64,000 nucleotides of DNA from Podarcis vaucheri. Taxonomy: Eukaryota. The notes below the pieces were generated by a model. It was not told where the DNA came from, ran no database searches, and saw nothing but the letters and a program-made list of their open reading frames with translations. Shown here piece after piece: positions 12,736 through 25,919 of this stretch (positions are counted from its first letter, which is position 1; each line of letters starts with the position of its first letter). The translations under genes were made by a program, and so were the position numbers. The stretch lies in assembly GCA_965113315.1 (NCBI GenBank), contig OZ220370.1. One strand, given 5' to 3'.

Positions 12736-13873
12736 GTAAATTATGAGCATGCTGTGTATTGCTTGCTTCATATACACCATTTATTTTGTTGATAAAATGC
12801 TTCTGCTGCTTGTTGTGCACCAGTTGAACTGCTGTGGGTTTCTTATTCTGCTTTTCAAAGATAGGCCCTTGCCCTTGCGTTATTTCTAATTTTAGTTGCT
12901 TAGTGTTATAAGCATTTGCTGAAAAAATCCAATGTTTTTCTGGACTGTTTATTTGTTTTGTCGCCATGTGAAGGTGTATATAATAATGTTAGTAGATTTG
13001 TTGAATCTCGTATACAGTTTGTGAGATGAGACAGCCATCGGTGATATTCAACTATGTTTTACTTAGAGCAGACTTGCTGAAATTAATGGACCCAACTTAC
13101 TGATATCCATTAATTTCAATGGGTCTACTCTGAGCAAAATCTAGTTGAATACCATCCCATATTAAAAGGTTTTGACAATGTGCTGAAGTAAAAGCAAAAA
13201 ATTAACTTCAGTATTTTGGAATTCACGAGAAATGTGATATTGTATTATATTGGTTAGAACAAAACTGGAATACCATAACCAGGTTTAATTCACATAATTG
13301 ACAAAGGTAATGCATCCATGGTTCCTGTTAAAAGTACCACCACCACCACAACAAAAGGCTGACCCTACCAAGAGAAATAAGGTGGGGTGGGCAGGCTGCT
13401 AACTGATGGGAATACAGAGCATTTCTCAATTTTTCTCAGCTTCATTTGTTTCTTGCCCACTGAAGGGTGAGAGAGAGAAGGGTTTGTATCCTAGAATATC
13501 TTCCTTCACAAATCCTCATAGTAATCAAAACTTACTGTGTAAGTTGTCATAAGGCAAATAGTACAAAAATGAAACAGGTTGAATCTTGTACAGCAGCTGG
13601 TATCATTAATTTTTAGCAATATTCTTTCATATACTGCCCAGATCCTTTGTATAAAAGTTGATTCATGACTGGTTAATCAACCAGTATTTTTCTTCTAAAA
13701 ATCACTATGCTTAGCATTCTCATTCTTTATTTGGCACCGTCAATGTCAAAAATACAATTGTGGCAGTCCACTCACACAACAGCTAGTCTGTTCATCAGAA
13801 CATTGTTGTTAGCACAGCACAAGAGCCAATTCTAATGGGTTTTTGATGCTTGCAAATTATGTTGTGCAACCAC

Positions 13874-13919
<46 letters not shown>
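13874..13919. repeat. (ATT)n microsatellite
   Basis: About 15 perfect TTA units. Explains the poly-Leu ORF 13843..14055. Confidence 0.95.
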
Positions 13920-13920
<1 letters not shown>

Positions 13921-15573
13921 CTAGTGAGAGATAAGTTGGTGTGCTACTGCTTGCACAATGATGTCAACTTTCAAACTTCTTGTGCTAACATTATGGTGGA
14001 TCGTACCCTTTTCCTTTACAGCTCAGTTTTTCAGTTTACATTTAGTGGATCTTAATTCTACTTTTAAAAATAGTTGTAGTCTTTTCCAACTCTGTGCCAT
14101 CTGCACACTTTATGTGCAAACTCTCCATTAATGCAACTCATTAACCACAATGTTGAATAACAATAGGGCCCAGCAACAATACTTCTGAGACTCGAGTTTA
14201 TACGGTTTCTCAACTGCACCATCCATTCATAGTATTTCAGTGTTCAATTTCTACAAGCTGATACTAGTAATTTGATACCACTAATCTGATGCCAAGATCT
14301 TTCGGTCAGTGTTCTCTAGCTCAAACTTTGAGGTAAAACCAATTCAAAAGTCTTGCTAATGACGGACTACATTGCATTTTCTACTTTTATCTTCAGTCAC
14401 AGAAGAAAATCAAATTGTTTTGTTTTTGTTTGTTTTTGCTAGCCATTAATTTTCTTTTCTTTTTAGGGGCTTACAAAAGGGTTTCTTTAAAATTAGTACA
14501 AATAACTGTAGAATGCTGGTTCTGTGGTCTGCCTTCCTTTTGTGCTTTGAGAAATTATAAGTAGGATGTTCGTTCTTCAGACATTTTAGCTCTTGTTTCT
14601 GCTCTATGAATGCTTAAGTATTTCTTATTCTTAATGTGGATCCTATAGCATGTTGTATAATTCATCAGCTGAGTTACATACCAATTCAAATGCAGCATGT
14701 TCAGTTCATGAATTCAGCCTCAGAATATCAATCATATAAAACTGGTGCCCGTTCTTTGTGTTTTCCATTTCCAATAGCTTTTATGATATACCCAAAGTAT
14801 GGAGCTCTATTTGTACACTGAATACAGAACAGTTGTGCTGTCAAAACAAAGGCAAGGTATTTAAGTGGAAGGACGTGTTTATTGAGGTCATGTTGTGTTT
14901 CAGTGTACAGTGAATAACAACAGTACCCTTGCTCCTTGCAAAAATGGAAGAAGCAGAGATTATTCTGTGCTACCTGTTGCTTAATTTCACTACATTTGGA
15001 AAATACACAGCAGCTGAGGGAGTTAAACTACTTTACTGTATATGAAAGCTACAAGTTCAATATCATCAGTTCGACTATCTTTACTAGCTTGTTCAGCTCT
15101 ATGATTTAGTCCTTTCATATCTTATTTGTATACTCATTGAGGACTAAAGTGACCTCTCCTGTCCAATAGGATTATTTTGTTGTTGACAAATAGGTTAAAT
15201 GTGGTTGTAAACTGTTGAACAATATCTGCCTGCTGTTGCGTAGGAAACCGAGAAGTGGGTAAGCATATTTAAAATTAAACCAGAGTCTCAATTTTTTTTT
15301 ACTTGACCTACTGTTAAGGTGTAATAATAGACTTTGGTCCAGCTTTTGCTGATGAAGCTCTAGTTATTTTGGTAAGTATTGTGATCACTCCATTACCTTT
15401 AAAATACTGCTTTTCTCTGCTTTTCACAGCTATAATTTGTTTTATAGGAGACTAAAGCATACATGGAAAGCTATTGAGCCTTGTTAACAATGATCAGCAA
15501 GCCTTAATAAATGTAGTACTCATTTAACAGAACGGCTATAATTAATCCTATGATCCTCTCTTTCTTTTGGCAG

Positions 15574-15642
15574 GGTCCAAACGAATAAGTGATAGTGAAG
15601 TCTCAGACTATGATTGCGATGATGGAATAGGAGTAGTGTCAG
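15574..15642 (+). CDS. RIMS2: RIMS2 exon (RSKRISDSEVSDYDCDDGIGVVS)
   Basis: ttttggcag|GGTCC...TCAG|gtaaca, 69 nt, phase 1-1. Confidence 0.96.
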
Positions 15643-16861
15643 GTAACAAATTTATAAGATTTTAACACTGAAAAAGTTTATATTTATAATTTGTCATGAT
15701 AAGTTGATTGGCTTACTCTTTCATTGTTGTGTTTTAATTAAAAACCTTCCTGCTTGTTTAGACATGCCATGAGGTAACTTGGCATGCCAGTGGGATGTGG
15801 AATCCCAACAGAAGTGTTGAACAAGTGGAAATGGTAATTCCTTCTAAGGAGTGTAGGTTTTACATGGTATGTTTTACTTCAAGCTGCTTTTTCTGTCCCC
15901 TTCCCCTCCCCATCTCTTCTGGCATGTAAATAGTTTAACACTTTGAAATATAGGAAGGCACAACTCTGCTATCTTATGCAGGAGCCTCAGCAGCTTTACA
16001 AACTAAATATGCTATCAAACCACAGTGGTTGAAGGCAGCTCATCATAACTGCTGTCATCCCCTATTGGGATTTTGTTAGCTTCACTTTTGCCTGAGCTTT
16101 GTTAAGTACATCATAGAGAGATATAGTTATTTGGCAAAAGAACATTTTATTGTTAGCAGTTCCTTCAGAGCATATTTAGTAAGCAGATGTTACATCCATT
16201 CTGGATTTTAGTAGCATGTTTAAAGCAGATCAGTTTATAGGACCTATGCACACTGCACAAATGGTCTCTAAATCACCATGTTAAAAGAATGGGAAGTACC
16301 TATTCATCGTTCCTTTTTGTCATAAAACAGAGTGCTAGTTCCAGAATCAGTCTCAAATTGGGTTCATGTAGTACAGTGACCATATCTGCAATTCATTCTC
16401 ACTAACAGTAGCATATTGTCATGAAATGGGAAACTGGACAGCTTTTACCCTGTTAGTGTCAAATAGCTGTGCCATATTTTGATATGCATTATCATCCATA
16501 AGGAGGAAATGTGTGTATGACATTCAGTCCAGAAGATGACAGATCAGAAGAAAATACGCATGAAAGCTTAGAGGTGAGAGCTCTTCTAGAAAATAGTTTA
16601 GGATTTTAGGAAATAGTTTAGGGATTTTACACAGTACTGATTGGTACGTGTTAATTTTTTTATAGTTTATTTGTTTGAAATATCCATTTAGTTTGTACCC
16701 ATCTAGTTTGTATTTCTTAGCAAATATTACATAAAGAAATATTCTGTCAGTGCAAACCACATTCAATTCAATAGTCTTTGTGCCAGGAGAGCACTTTGTA
16801 GATAAAGCGATTCTTTGTAGAGATGCTGACAAACATTTGTTTCCTCGTTGTTCCTTCTTTC

Positions 16862-17535
16862 TGTGCTGGAACTTCTCAGCTTGCTTCCAGACCTCTGGAA
16901 TCTAAATAGCCTTCTGTAGATGGGTGGACAGTCTGCCTTGCCCTCACCAGATGACTCCTCCTCCAAGAATGATCTGGCGAAATATGATTTGGAGCCCCCA
17001 GATACTTAGGAATAGCCCAGAACAGCAATTGAGGACGAGCCAGGACTCTCAAGGGAAACTGGCAAGAATCCCTCCCTACAGAGTGGGAGCTCAGCATCTG
17101 AAGCAGAGACAGAACAACCCCTGGGAATGGCAGAGCTTCAAGAGGCAGACTGACACCCTCACAGTCAGGAGTGTTTTGTTGCAGAAGGGGACTCCTAGTG
17201 AGTAAAGGGCTATTCAGGAGCAGCCCTCCTCATGAGGAGGACTCTCTGAAGAAACCTCTAAGAGGCTGCAGCTGGGCCCAGGTTGCGGTTCTGAGAGCTC
17301 TGGCTTTGAAGCCTCCATGCAAGGCTGGTAGAGCTGCTGGAGCAATAGCTTGTTGACAGCACTGTGTCTTGTACCTGATCTTCTGCTTACCTTGACCTCT
17401 GACTGCCACTCAGCTTGCCTCATTCCTGATTAGAACCACTGTGTACCTAGAATTGGACATTGGTGTCTGTGCTCATTATAACCTTGGTTATCTGAAAGGT
17501 TCCCTGCAACCTAAAACCTGTATAGGGCAGGACAC
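16862..17535. mobile_element. Possible old LTR-like element
   Basis: GC-richer block starting TGT and ending ACA. No TSD, family unassigned. Confidence 0.3.
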
Positions 17536-17879
17536 AGTCTCCCTTTCCCCAGTCCTATTTGTTTGGGGGTGGTTTTTTTTGGGGGGGGGGGTTGGGAAGG
17601 GGGTGACTTTTCATGGGGACCATGCCATGGGGTGAAGTGAGATAAATGCCCCTTCTCACTGTAGTCCCAATTATTGTTGGGATTCTCAAGGCAGTAATTT
17701 AGGGGGTGGGGGAGATTTAAAGGCCTATGCTATTTGGAAAGGGGAGGTTTAAAAGTGATGGATTGACGTCTAGAGTGGTGGCACATGCCATAAGGCAAGG
17801 GTAGGCAATATTGAGTTCTCCAAATGTTGCTGGAGACTCCAGCTCCCTTATTTGTGATCATTGGCCATGATCATTGATC

Positions 17880-18390
17880 ATTCCCCATAGAGCATGTCCT
17901 TGGGGATCCTGCCATTTTCCGTTCTGTGAATATGACCAAGCCAGCATAGACATCACTGAGACAGGAGTGTGAACATGCTGGGAATGTGGGATTGGGACAG
18001 CACATCTTTGTTTGGGGCTCTGTCCTGCAAATCATCTTGATGCAGCACACATGGAAGGAATTGAGGCGTTCTTCCTGGCAGGTTTAAGTTGTCCATGACT
18101 CACTTCAATAAAGCAGTGTGCTCAACATGTAAGCCTTGTAGACCTTCATCTTGGTATTGGTTGTTAGCATCACATTCTCCCATACTCTTTTGGAGAGACG
18201 AGCCATTGTCGTGGCTGCCTTGCCAATATGCATGTCCATTTCAGTGTCGATGAAGAGGTTGCTGGTTATGGTGGAACCCATAACCAAAATTGTCTACCAT
18301 CTCACGCATATGGTCACCAATGCTGATGCACGGAGCCCATGCCTGGACAAAATGGTTGATGAGACTCTGTAGTCCTTCCTTGGAGTCCCA
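17880..18390 (-). mobile_element. RTE-clade LINE fragment (ORF C-terminal to RT)
   Basis: ORF 18105..18287 reads HIGKAATTMARLSKRVWEN..LTTNTKMKVYKAYMLSTLLY, typical of RTE elements. Degenerate. Confidence 0.8.
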
Positions 18391-20783
18391 TAAATTAAAC
18401 GTGGAAGAAGGAGGTGAACAAAATGATAATAGAGCTTTGAAATGTTTTCTTTCTCTCCCCCCCCCCCAATGCCTACTTTAAAATGTTGGAATATAGTTCA
18501 TGATTTTTTGCTATGCAGGAAACAATTGCTTCACCAAATTGCGCCTTATACAAGTGAGTGCTTGTCTGCTAGGCTATTTCCATGTTAATTCACTGCAGCT
18601 GTGTCAGATCCTTACCCACCTTACATTAGAGTACCCAGATTTAGCAGAAGCATTTGGGGCCCAGACAGGTTTGCAGAATTACATGTGGCAGGGAGAGACA
18701 GTGCTTGACTCTTTGCCTGACTCTTCAAAGCTTTATTTCCAGTTTGCAGTCCCATGGCAGGAGAAGTAGCTTGCGTGAGGCAATATGGAAAAGGGAAAGC
18801 AGTATTTCCTGCTACTTTTCTGCTCCAAATTGCCCCCTCCTAAAGCGCTTTTGTTTGTAATGTATCATTGGACTGGCAGTTTCCAAAATCAATTCTTAAC
18901 AGCTACTGAGAACCTATAAATTTAGTAAGACTGCTGTAAATCTGTGCCTTCTGCTAAAGGTAATGGATATGGTTACTGCCCTGCAAATAATTTTGCTGAT
19001 TCTTATGCCTTAGATGTATTAAGTTGCATTTTTACAGGCTGAAGCTCTCTTAAGGCTGTCTCATGCTTTTTCTGTCTTCCCTTGTCTCTGTAATAGCTCC
19101 CTGTATAATATAATCAGCACATTGAATGGGCATATTTTCAACCTCCCCCAGCCTTCCAGATTTTTAATTAAGATACTAAGTGTTAGCAGCGCTAATGGGC
19201 TCCCCCATGGAACGAGTGAAAATGCATTATGAGCATATTAGCTGTAACATACCACAAATTAGTATTTTCCAAGTGAGGGATCACTTTATTTTAAACCTGA
19301 TAAATGAAATTTTGAATTCACACTTTACTGTAACCTCCATGAATCCCCCCCCCCTATTTTTTATGGTGACTATTGAATGTTTAGTTTAATTGTCATAGTG
19401 GATACTGATGCAGAGGATATTAAATGATTCAAAATAAGTGAGACAGTACCTTTTATTGGAACAATCTCTTTTGGCAAAGGCTGATGTATGGGGCTAGGAA
19501 TGTCATGGAATGTTCAGTGGCATTTCAACTGTAGAGTTAATTAAACTTTTAACAGTACTGTACAATGTTCATGAACAACCCAGCTTTTATTTAAAAAGTG
19601 AAAGTTTGGTTGGGATTAAAACCACTCAGAATTATAGGTACAGGAAGAACTGTGTTTAAATATGCTGAGGACTGCAGAACTATATGGGGGAAGAGCAAGT
19701 GTAATAGGGAAATTATAGGACCAGTAGGCCTAAGTCATGGTGGTTAAGGAAGGGACAAATTATGCAAAGGGAGCCTGTGGAAAAGATAAAGAATGAGGGA
19801 AGGAGAAAATTATTTTAAAACTCAGACAGAACATAAGCACCAAAGCCACATGTTGTTGGCAAAAGTGGAGGAGATGCATATAGAAATTCCATTAGGGAAT
19901 ATTTTTGGGAGTCACTGTGGCTCAAGAAAACAGGGCAAAAGTCAGCAGTGGGCTGAACAAGGTTTTGTTTGTTTTTAAGAAAAGTTTGACATGGAGTTGA
20001 AATGAGAGCCAATAAAAATGCAGGGCTATGGAAAATCTTTGAACAGAATCATGGTGTAAAAAGCAGGACCCCTCAAATATCTGAATTGGGGCTTGGTCTG
20101 GAGTTAGGGATGAGGAGTGAGGTTGCCAAATTTGCTGACAGTAGCAGATTATTCAGGGTAATAAAAACAAAAGGGGGTTATTAAAAGCTCCAAAAGAATA
20201 TTCGCAAAGTTGGCGAATAGGCATTCAAAAAGCAAATGTAGTTCATTGAAAGTGTAAAGAGAAGCACATTGGGGCAAAAATTCCCAAAACATGGGGTTTG
20301 AGCTGGCAATGACTGGTGAGGAAAGAGACGTTGGGATTATGGGGGATAGCACAATTGACACCTCAACACCGTGAGTGGCAGCTGTGAAAAGGCGAGTTAG
20401 GGAGCAACGTATCAAAAGGTTTAAAAATAAAACTGCTAATATTGTTATGCCTTTATACGAGTCTATATTGTGACCATACTTGGAAAACTGAGATTGCTAC
20501 ATCTCAACAAGGATATTGTAGAGTTAGGAAAGGTGCAGAATCAAGGGGCTGGAGCAAGTCCTCTATAATAAATGTTATTCTATTTGTTTGCTTATTTAAG
20601 GCATTTACACCCTACCCTTTAGCCAAAAAGTCTTCCAGGGTGGCCACTCTCAGATTTACAAACTAAAAAGTTATGACACACAAGGAGCAGGAATGGGAGG
20701 GAGGCTGGGAAAAGCAAGGTCAAGAACAAGTTCTTACAACTTTTGAGAGATTTTAGTTTAGAAAAAACTAAAAGAAAAACTAA

Positions 20784-20917
20784 NNNNNNNNNNNNNNNNN
20801 NNNNNNNNNNNNNNNNNNNNNNNNNNNNNNNNNNNNNNNNNNNNNNNNNNNNNNNNNNNNNNNNNNNNNNNNNNNNNNNNNNNNNNNNNNNNNNNNNNNN
20901 NNNNNNNNNNNNNNNNN
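20784..20917. other. Assembly gap (134 N)
   Basis: Run of n bases. Confidence 1.
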
Positions 20918-21259
20918 GTAAAAGTACGGGCCAGTCTTGACAGACTCTAGGATTGTGCGCTCATCTCACTCTAGAGGCCGGGAGCCAGCGCTGTCTGCAG
21001 ACACTTCCGGGTCATGTAGCCAGCGTGACAAAGCTGCTCTGGCGAGCCAGAGCCGCACACGGAAACGCCGTTTACCTTCCCGCTGGTAAGCGGCCCCTAT
21101 TTATCTACCTGCACCCGGGGGTGCTTTCGAGCTGCTAGGTTGGCAGGCGCTGGGACCGAGCAGCGGGAGCACACCCCGCCACGGGGATTCGAATCGCTGA
21201 CCATGCGATCGGCAAGTCCTAGGCGCTGAGGTTTTACCCATAGCGCCACCCGCGTCCCC
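20918..21259 (-). mobile_element. Sauria SINE
   Basis: On the minus strand: head GGGACGCGGGTGGCGCTATGGGTAAAACC and B-box GATTCGAATCCC. Body shared with the 33751 and 56741 copies. CpGs are retained. Confidence 0.9.
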
Positions 21260-21388
21260 AAAGGGAGAATATTTATGCAGCACATTGCACTCCCATGTAG
21301 GCACCCATCCAGATACAGACCGGGGCTGTTTCTGCTTAGCAAATGGACAACTACATGCACACTGCGACGAAGCCACAGTGTATTACGC

Positions 21389-21417
21389 TTAGTTTAGTTT
21401 AGTTTAGTTTAGTTTAG
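21389..21417. repeat. (TTTAG)n pentanucleotide microsatellite
   Basis: ttagtttagtttagtttagtttagtttag. Confidence 0.9.
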
Positions 21418-22100
21418 AAAAAGAGCAAGTAACGGGCATGGGGCAAACAAGTTGGATAGCGATAAGATTTTCTGCCTTTCTCAAAGTACTAGAATCCAGA
21501 GTTATACAATGAACCTGAATGATGGGGGATTCAGGACAGACAAAGGGAAATATTTATTCTTAGAGTGCATATTTAAACTATGGAATTTTCTGCCACAGGG
21601 TGTAATGATGGCCACTAACTTTGATGTCATTAAAATGGTTTAGAGAAATTAATGGAGAATATCAACAGCTACTGGTTTTTCTGATATTCCAGGAACAAAG
21701 GCAGCATACCTCTGAATATTTTCACTGGGGGACATTAGTAGGAGAGTGCTAGTACCCTTGTCCTGCTTCGGGGCTCCCCATAGGTGCTTGGTAGGCCACT
21801 GTGTGAAATAGGGTGTCGAACTAGATGTCCCTTTGGTCTGATACAGCAGGGCTTTCATTATTCCCTTATGAGTGTCTTTACTTTTGGCAGCACATGTGAA
21901 GCACTGTTAGCAATTGGAAAAGTGTATAAATTCTACCTGTAATTATTTTAAAAATTTTGACACCATTATATATTGCGACATCTTTTCTCCAGGGTGCAAC
22001 TTTTCTGCCATCTGTACAAATCTAACAAAACAGAAAAAGTGAAATGTCACCATACCTGTACCGTTAGTTCAGCTCTCTCAACCTTCCCTCCCGCTCCCAG

Positions 22101-22257
22101 ATTACCGACATAATGGGCGAGATCTTCAAAGCTCAACACTATCAGTGCCAGAACAAGTGATGTCATCCAATCACTGCTCTCGGTCAGGGTCCCCTCACCG
22201 TGGAGACAGTATAGGAAGGACAAGATCATGGTCTCCCAGTGTCCCTCCTCTACAAAG
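22101..22257 (+). CDS. RIMS2: RIMS2 exon (DYRHNGRDLQSSTLSVPEQVMSSNHCSRSGSPHRGDSIGRTRSWSPSVPPLQ)
   Basis: ccgctcccag|ATTAC...CAAAG|gtaaat, 157 nt, phase 1-2. Confidence 0.96.
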
Positions 22258-23586
22258 GTAAATTATTGTAATGATTTAGGCTTGGGTTTGTTGGTTTATT
22301 TGTTTGTTTGAATATGACATGAAATTATGTAGATACTAAAATTATTCCTTTAAACTCAAGATAATGGGTGAGAGAATATGAAAATTCAATTGCTTCTCTG
22401 TAGTAACACAGATATTTTTGCTTATAATATAGCAATGGACCTTATTAATAATTTACCTCTTGTTTTGTTACTTATCTTTGTAAATGACTAGTCATACAGT
22501 GTAATTCTTTCCATTCAGAGCAAGAATGATTGCTCCTTCATTTATATCTCTGCAATCCAAGCAAAACCAAACCAAAACCTCTCTGTGGTGTTTTTTCCTA
22601 AGTAAACACCCTTGCCAGCAACCAATGTAGTAACTATTGAGCTTTATACAGATTATGTATTGTACTAATTTGCCATCCTACGCTGCCTATATGGGTTCAT
22701 ATCCCGATGAAACTGATGAAATAATATTTCCCCCCACCTGTTAGATATGCTATGACTTTTGCAATATTAGCATTAAAAATGCCACTTGAATTCTGTTCAG
22801 CAAAGAAAGACCATATGTTTATGTAAAAATCTTCAGCTCATTGATGTAAAATATAGATTTAGGACAAAGTCTGTTCCAGCTTAGAGCAACAGTGCAGTTA
22901 GGAGTTTCATATTGATATTAGCCTCTATTATTTATTCATTTTTAAGCCTAGTTTTTTATGTTATGTATAAAATTATTGTAACTTTTTCTTGAAAGCTTAT
23001 AACAATATTTCATTTGCAAAAGAATAACCTGTTGGAATATTAATAACCTGTAGAACCACCAGTGGCTGGTTATCTTGATAGACTTCCTTTCCTACCCTAG
23101 CAACCATTGTGCCTGTCATGGAATATTAGATATGGTTAAGGTGGAAGATTTCTGCTCATTGAACATACAAGCTAGAAAATAAGTTCTTTATTGAGGACCA
23201 TGATCACAACCATTTTTTATTAGTATAAATCAATCTACCACAACATGGAAACTGATACTTTTCTCTCTCTCTACCCAACAATAAAAATAGTGAAAGATAC
23301 AAATAGTCAGTTACTCATAAATTACTGAGACTTGTAATTATATATCAGCAACTGGAAGCTTGCAAAATCACATTCAACAGAATCACATTCAGTCACATTC
23401 AACTGAAAATAATGTTTTTGTGTTAAAGAATTTATTCTTAATTCCCCCCAGATCATACTAGCAACACTAAATGTTAATGGACACAATAAAGTAGAGTGCA
23501 GTCTTAATTATTTTAGACTTACTTATGCTCTGCTTTTGAATCAAATTCAGGTCCCAAACCACCTTAAAAAGGTATCATATAATTAG

Positions 23587-23722
23587 CAGAGTTTCCCAAA
23601 TTTGTGTCTCTAGCTATTTTTGGACTACAATTCCCATCATCACTGACCATTGGACCTGCTAGTTAGGGATGATGGGAGTTGAAGTCGAAAAACAGCTGGA
23701 GACCCAAGTTTGGGAAACCCTG
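23587..23722. mobile_element. Short palindromic hAT-type MITE
   Basis: TIRs CAGAGTTTCCCAAA / TTTGGGAAACCCTG. Internal hairpin shared with the 25785 copy. Confidence 0.75.
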
Positions 23723-25151
23723 AGAGATTTGTCTATGGGATGTAGATGGAAGAGTCTCTTCTGGGTACCTGAACTTCAATTATCTTCATTGTTCCAAGCA
23801 AAACCACCCCAAATTCTGTGCAATACTTTCCCCCTAAAACTTTCTGTGATACAGCAGCTAAGTCAACATATGGAGAGACTTCTGCACCCTGCCTCTTTGA
23901 CTATAGATTCCACAGCCACATTTAGTTAGATTAGGAAGTACAGTATCTGAATGAGTTAGTTTATTTTTTCCTGTACATGGGCAAACTGGACGCTAGTGTA
24001 ATGGGGTATCAGGAAAAAGTGACAAAGTCTCCAAATTTACAGGACTGCTCCTGCTCAAGACTTAAGCCATTCTTAGTAATCAGCCATGATCTGAGGACAC
24101 ATAATGCAACCACCTTGTTATTGCTAAGCAAATCTGGTCAGAGCTTTAGTGGGAGACTCCCGCACCAAAAGGTAGCAGCAGACATGAGTTCCTTATTTGT
24201 GGTCCATTGTGAACCTGGAAATTCCCCCTTCTGACAATGAGATGACTTAGTTTAGCTTTTCCTTATCTCTATTCTGAATGTCTTGGATGCCTACAGGGCT
24301 GTTTCATATTTTATTTTTCTTTTAATTGACAGATATGCTTCTTCAGTGTGTACCCTGAGTATTTAGAAATTGCTTCCTTATTTTGGGATGGCTGTGGTTA
24401 TTGTTTAAACTGACAGGCACTTAACCACCTGTCCTTGCTAAAGGAGAGAAAGATAATATGAAGAGCTGAGTGTTGTGTCCCCCTCTTAAAAATATCTAGC
24501 ATAAGGAAAACATCTAAATCATATTTTGTATAATTCAAATAAAACAATACACTTAGTGTTGGTGCGGATGCAACACTGGCACTTTTAATCATGGCTAAAC
24601 GATCAGAAGCCAGCCACAAGATTGCGCATTCCTTCCCTTCCTGCCGTAGCTATGGTCAATAAATGGACAATAATTAATAAGTCTCCAGGTTTTCAGGTTT
24701 AATAAGTGTTTGGTTGGCAAATGATGGTTATTTTGCATAAAAACTTCAAATTTGCACACTTTTGTCTGAAAAGGAATGTTAATTATGTAGATTTCGCATT
24801 TTGTTTTTAGATGGCATTGGCTAAGTGATGTGCAGTAAAATTAAATATTGCAGTGAACTGCTTGTGGATCATGACAGAGAGGGTGAAAATATTCCTGGTA
24901 CAGATTCCCCACCTCTTCCCTACCTTGAGTCTGATTTTTTCTTCTTCATTTTTTCCCCCTCAGTGAGAAGGCAGTACATGCCAATTTTTATATAAGATGT
25001 ATGCATAGGTAACCAATCCTATTAGCTTTGAACAGATTTTGTCAGAGTCAAGGATGTTAAAGGTTACAGCTAACATTTTCATTAACAGGGCTCATCTTAA
25101 AGAGAACTGCTCATTTCCGCCTTCATGACATTGATGGTTTTGTTTCTTCAG

Positions 25152-25268
25152 TAGGAATGTGGAACAGGGGTCTCGAGGGACCCGATCTACTCCTGCACAT
25201 TACAATACCATGAACCGAATGGATAGACATCGAATAATGGATGACCACAACTCCCCAGACAGAGAGAG
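25152..25268 (+). CDS. RIMS2: RIMS2 exon ((S)RNVEQGSRGTRSTPAHYNTMNRMDRHRIMDDHNSPDRE), NAGNAG acceptor
   Basis: ttcttCAG|TAG|GAATG...GAGAG|gtagat, 117 or 114 nt, phase 2-2. Confidence 0.94.
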
Positions 25269-25784
25269 GTAGATATTCAGATGTAAAAGAGTAAACAATG
25301 GAAACAATAATAATACATTTTAGACAAAACAGAATCAATTCAGATTGATATTTAAACCTCAGCACCTCCAGTTTACAAAAGTGAAATAGTTAAATTTGCC
25401 TAATTCTATTTCCTGCTATTATTATTCTGTATTACATATAAATAGTCCCATTGTTTGCATTTACTGGTCAGGAAAGCTTGAAGAAAGCATGCAAGAAGAA
25501 CATTTTAGCCAAATAATTGAATCAATTCTATGGGCCTTTTATTTTACCTTTGACAATAATCACATGTTAGAATGAAAACTTGGATTTATATATTGTATTG
25601 GTAGAGATTAGAAATATCCAAGGCTTTCCCAGTTTGATTATTATAATGCTACACTTTGTTGTTGTGCAAACACCCCTTCCATGCACAAATGGATGGGTTT
25701 TGCTTTTTAAAAAGGTGTTCACTCTTTACCAGCTCCCAGTGTCAGAACTCTGCTTCCATGAAAACTTCAAAGAAACCTCTAGCT

Positions 25785-25919
25785 CAGACACCCCCAAACT
25801 CGGCCCTCCAGATGTTTTGGGACTACAATTCCTATCATCCCTGACCACTGGTCCTGTTAGCTAGGGATGATGGGAGTTGTAGTCCCAAAACATCTGGAGG
25901 CCGTGTTTGGGGATGCCTG
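25785..25919. mobile_element. Short palindromic hAT-type MITE
   Basis: Near-perfect fold-back with CAG...CTG ends and an exact 8-bp TSD CTCTAGCT (25777-25784, 25920-25927). Confidence 0.9.

Larger units (their letters stand above)
20095..21870 (+). mobile_element. Degraded CR1 LINE 3' part, interrupted by other insertions and a gap
   Basis: SEVAKFADSSRLFRV (a KFADDTKL-like RT motif) at ~20115. CR1-like ORF end (FRTDKGKYLF...KLWNFLPQGV) at 21520-21610, and a 3' UTR ending GGTCTGATACAGCAGGGCT...TTATG. Confidence 0.75.

Noticed and set aside
13843-14055. Poly-Leu signal-peptide-like ORF
   Set aside because: Translation of an (ATT)n microsatellite.
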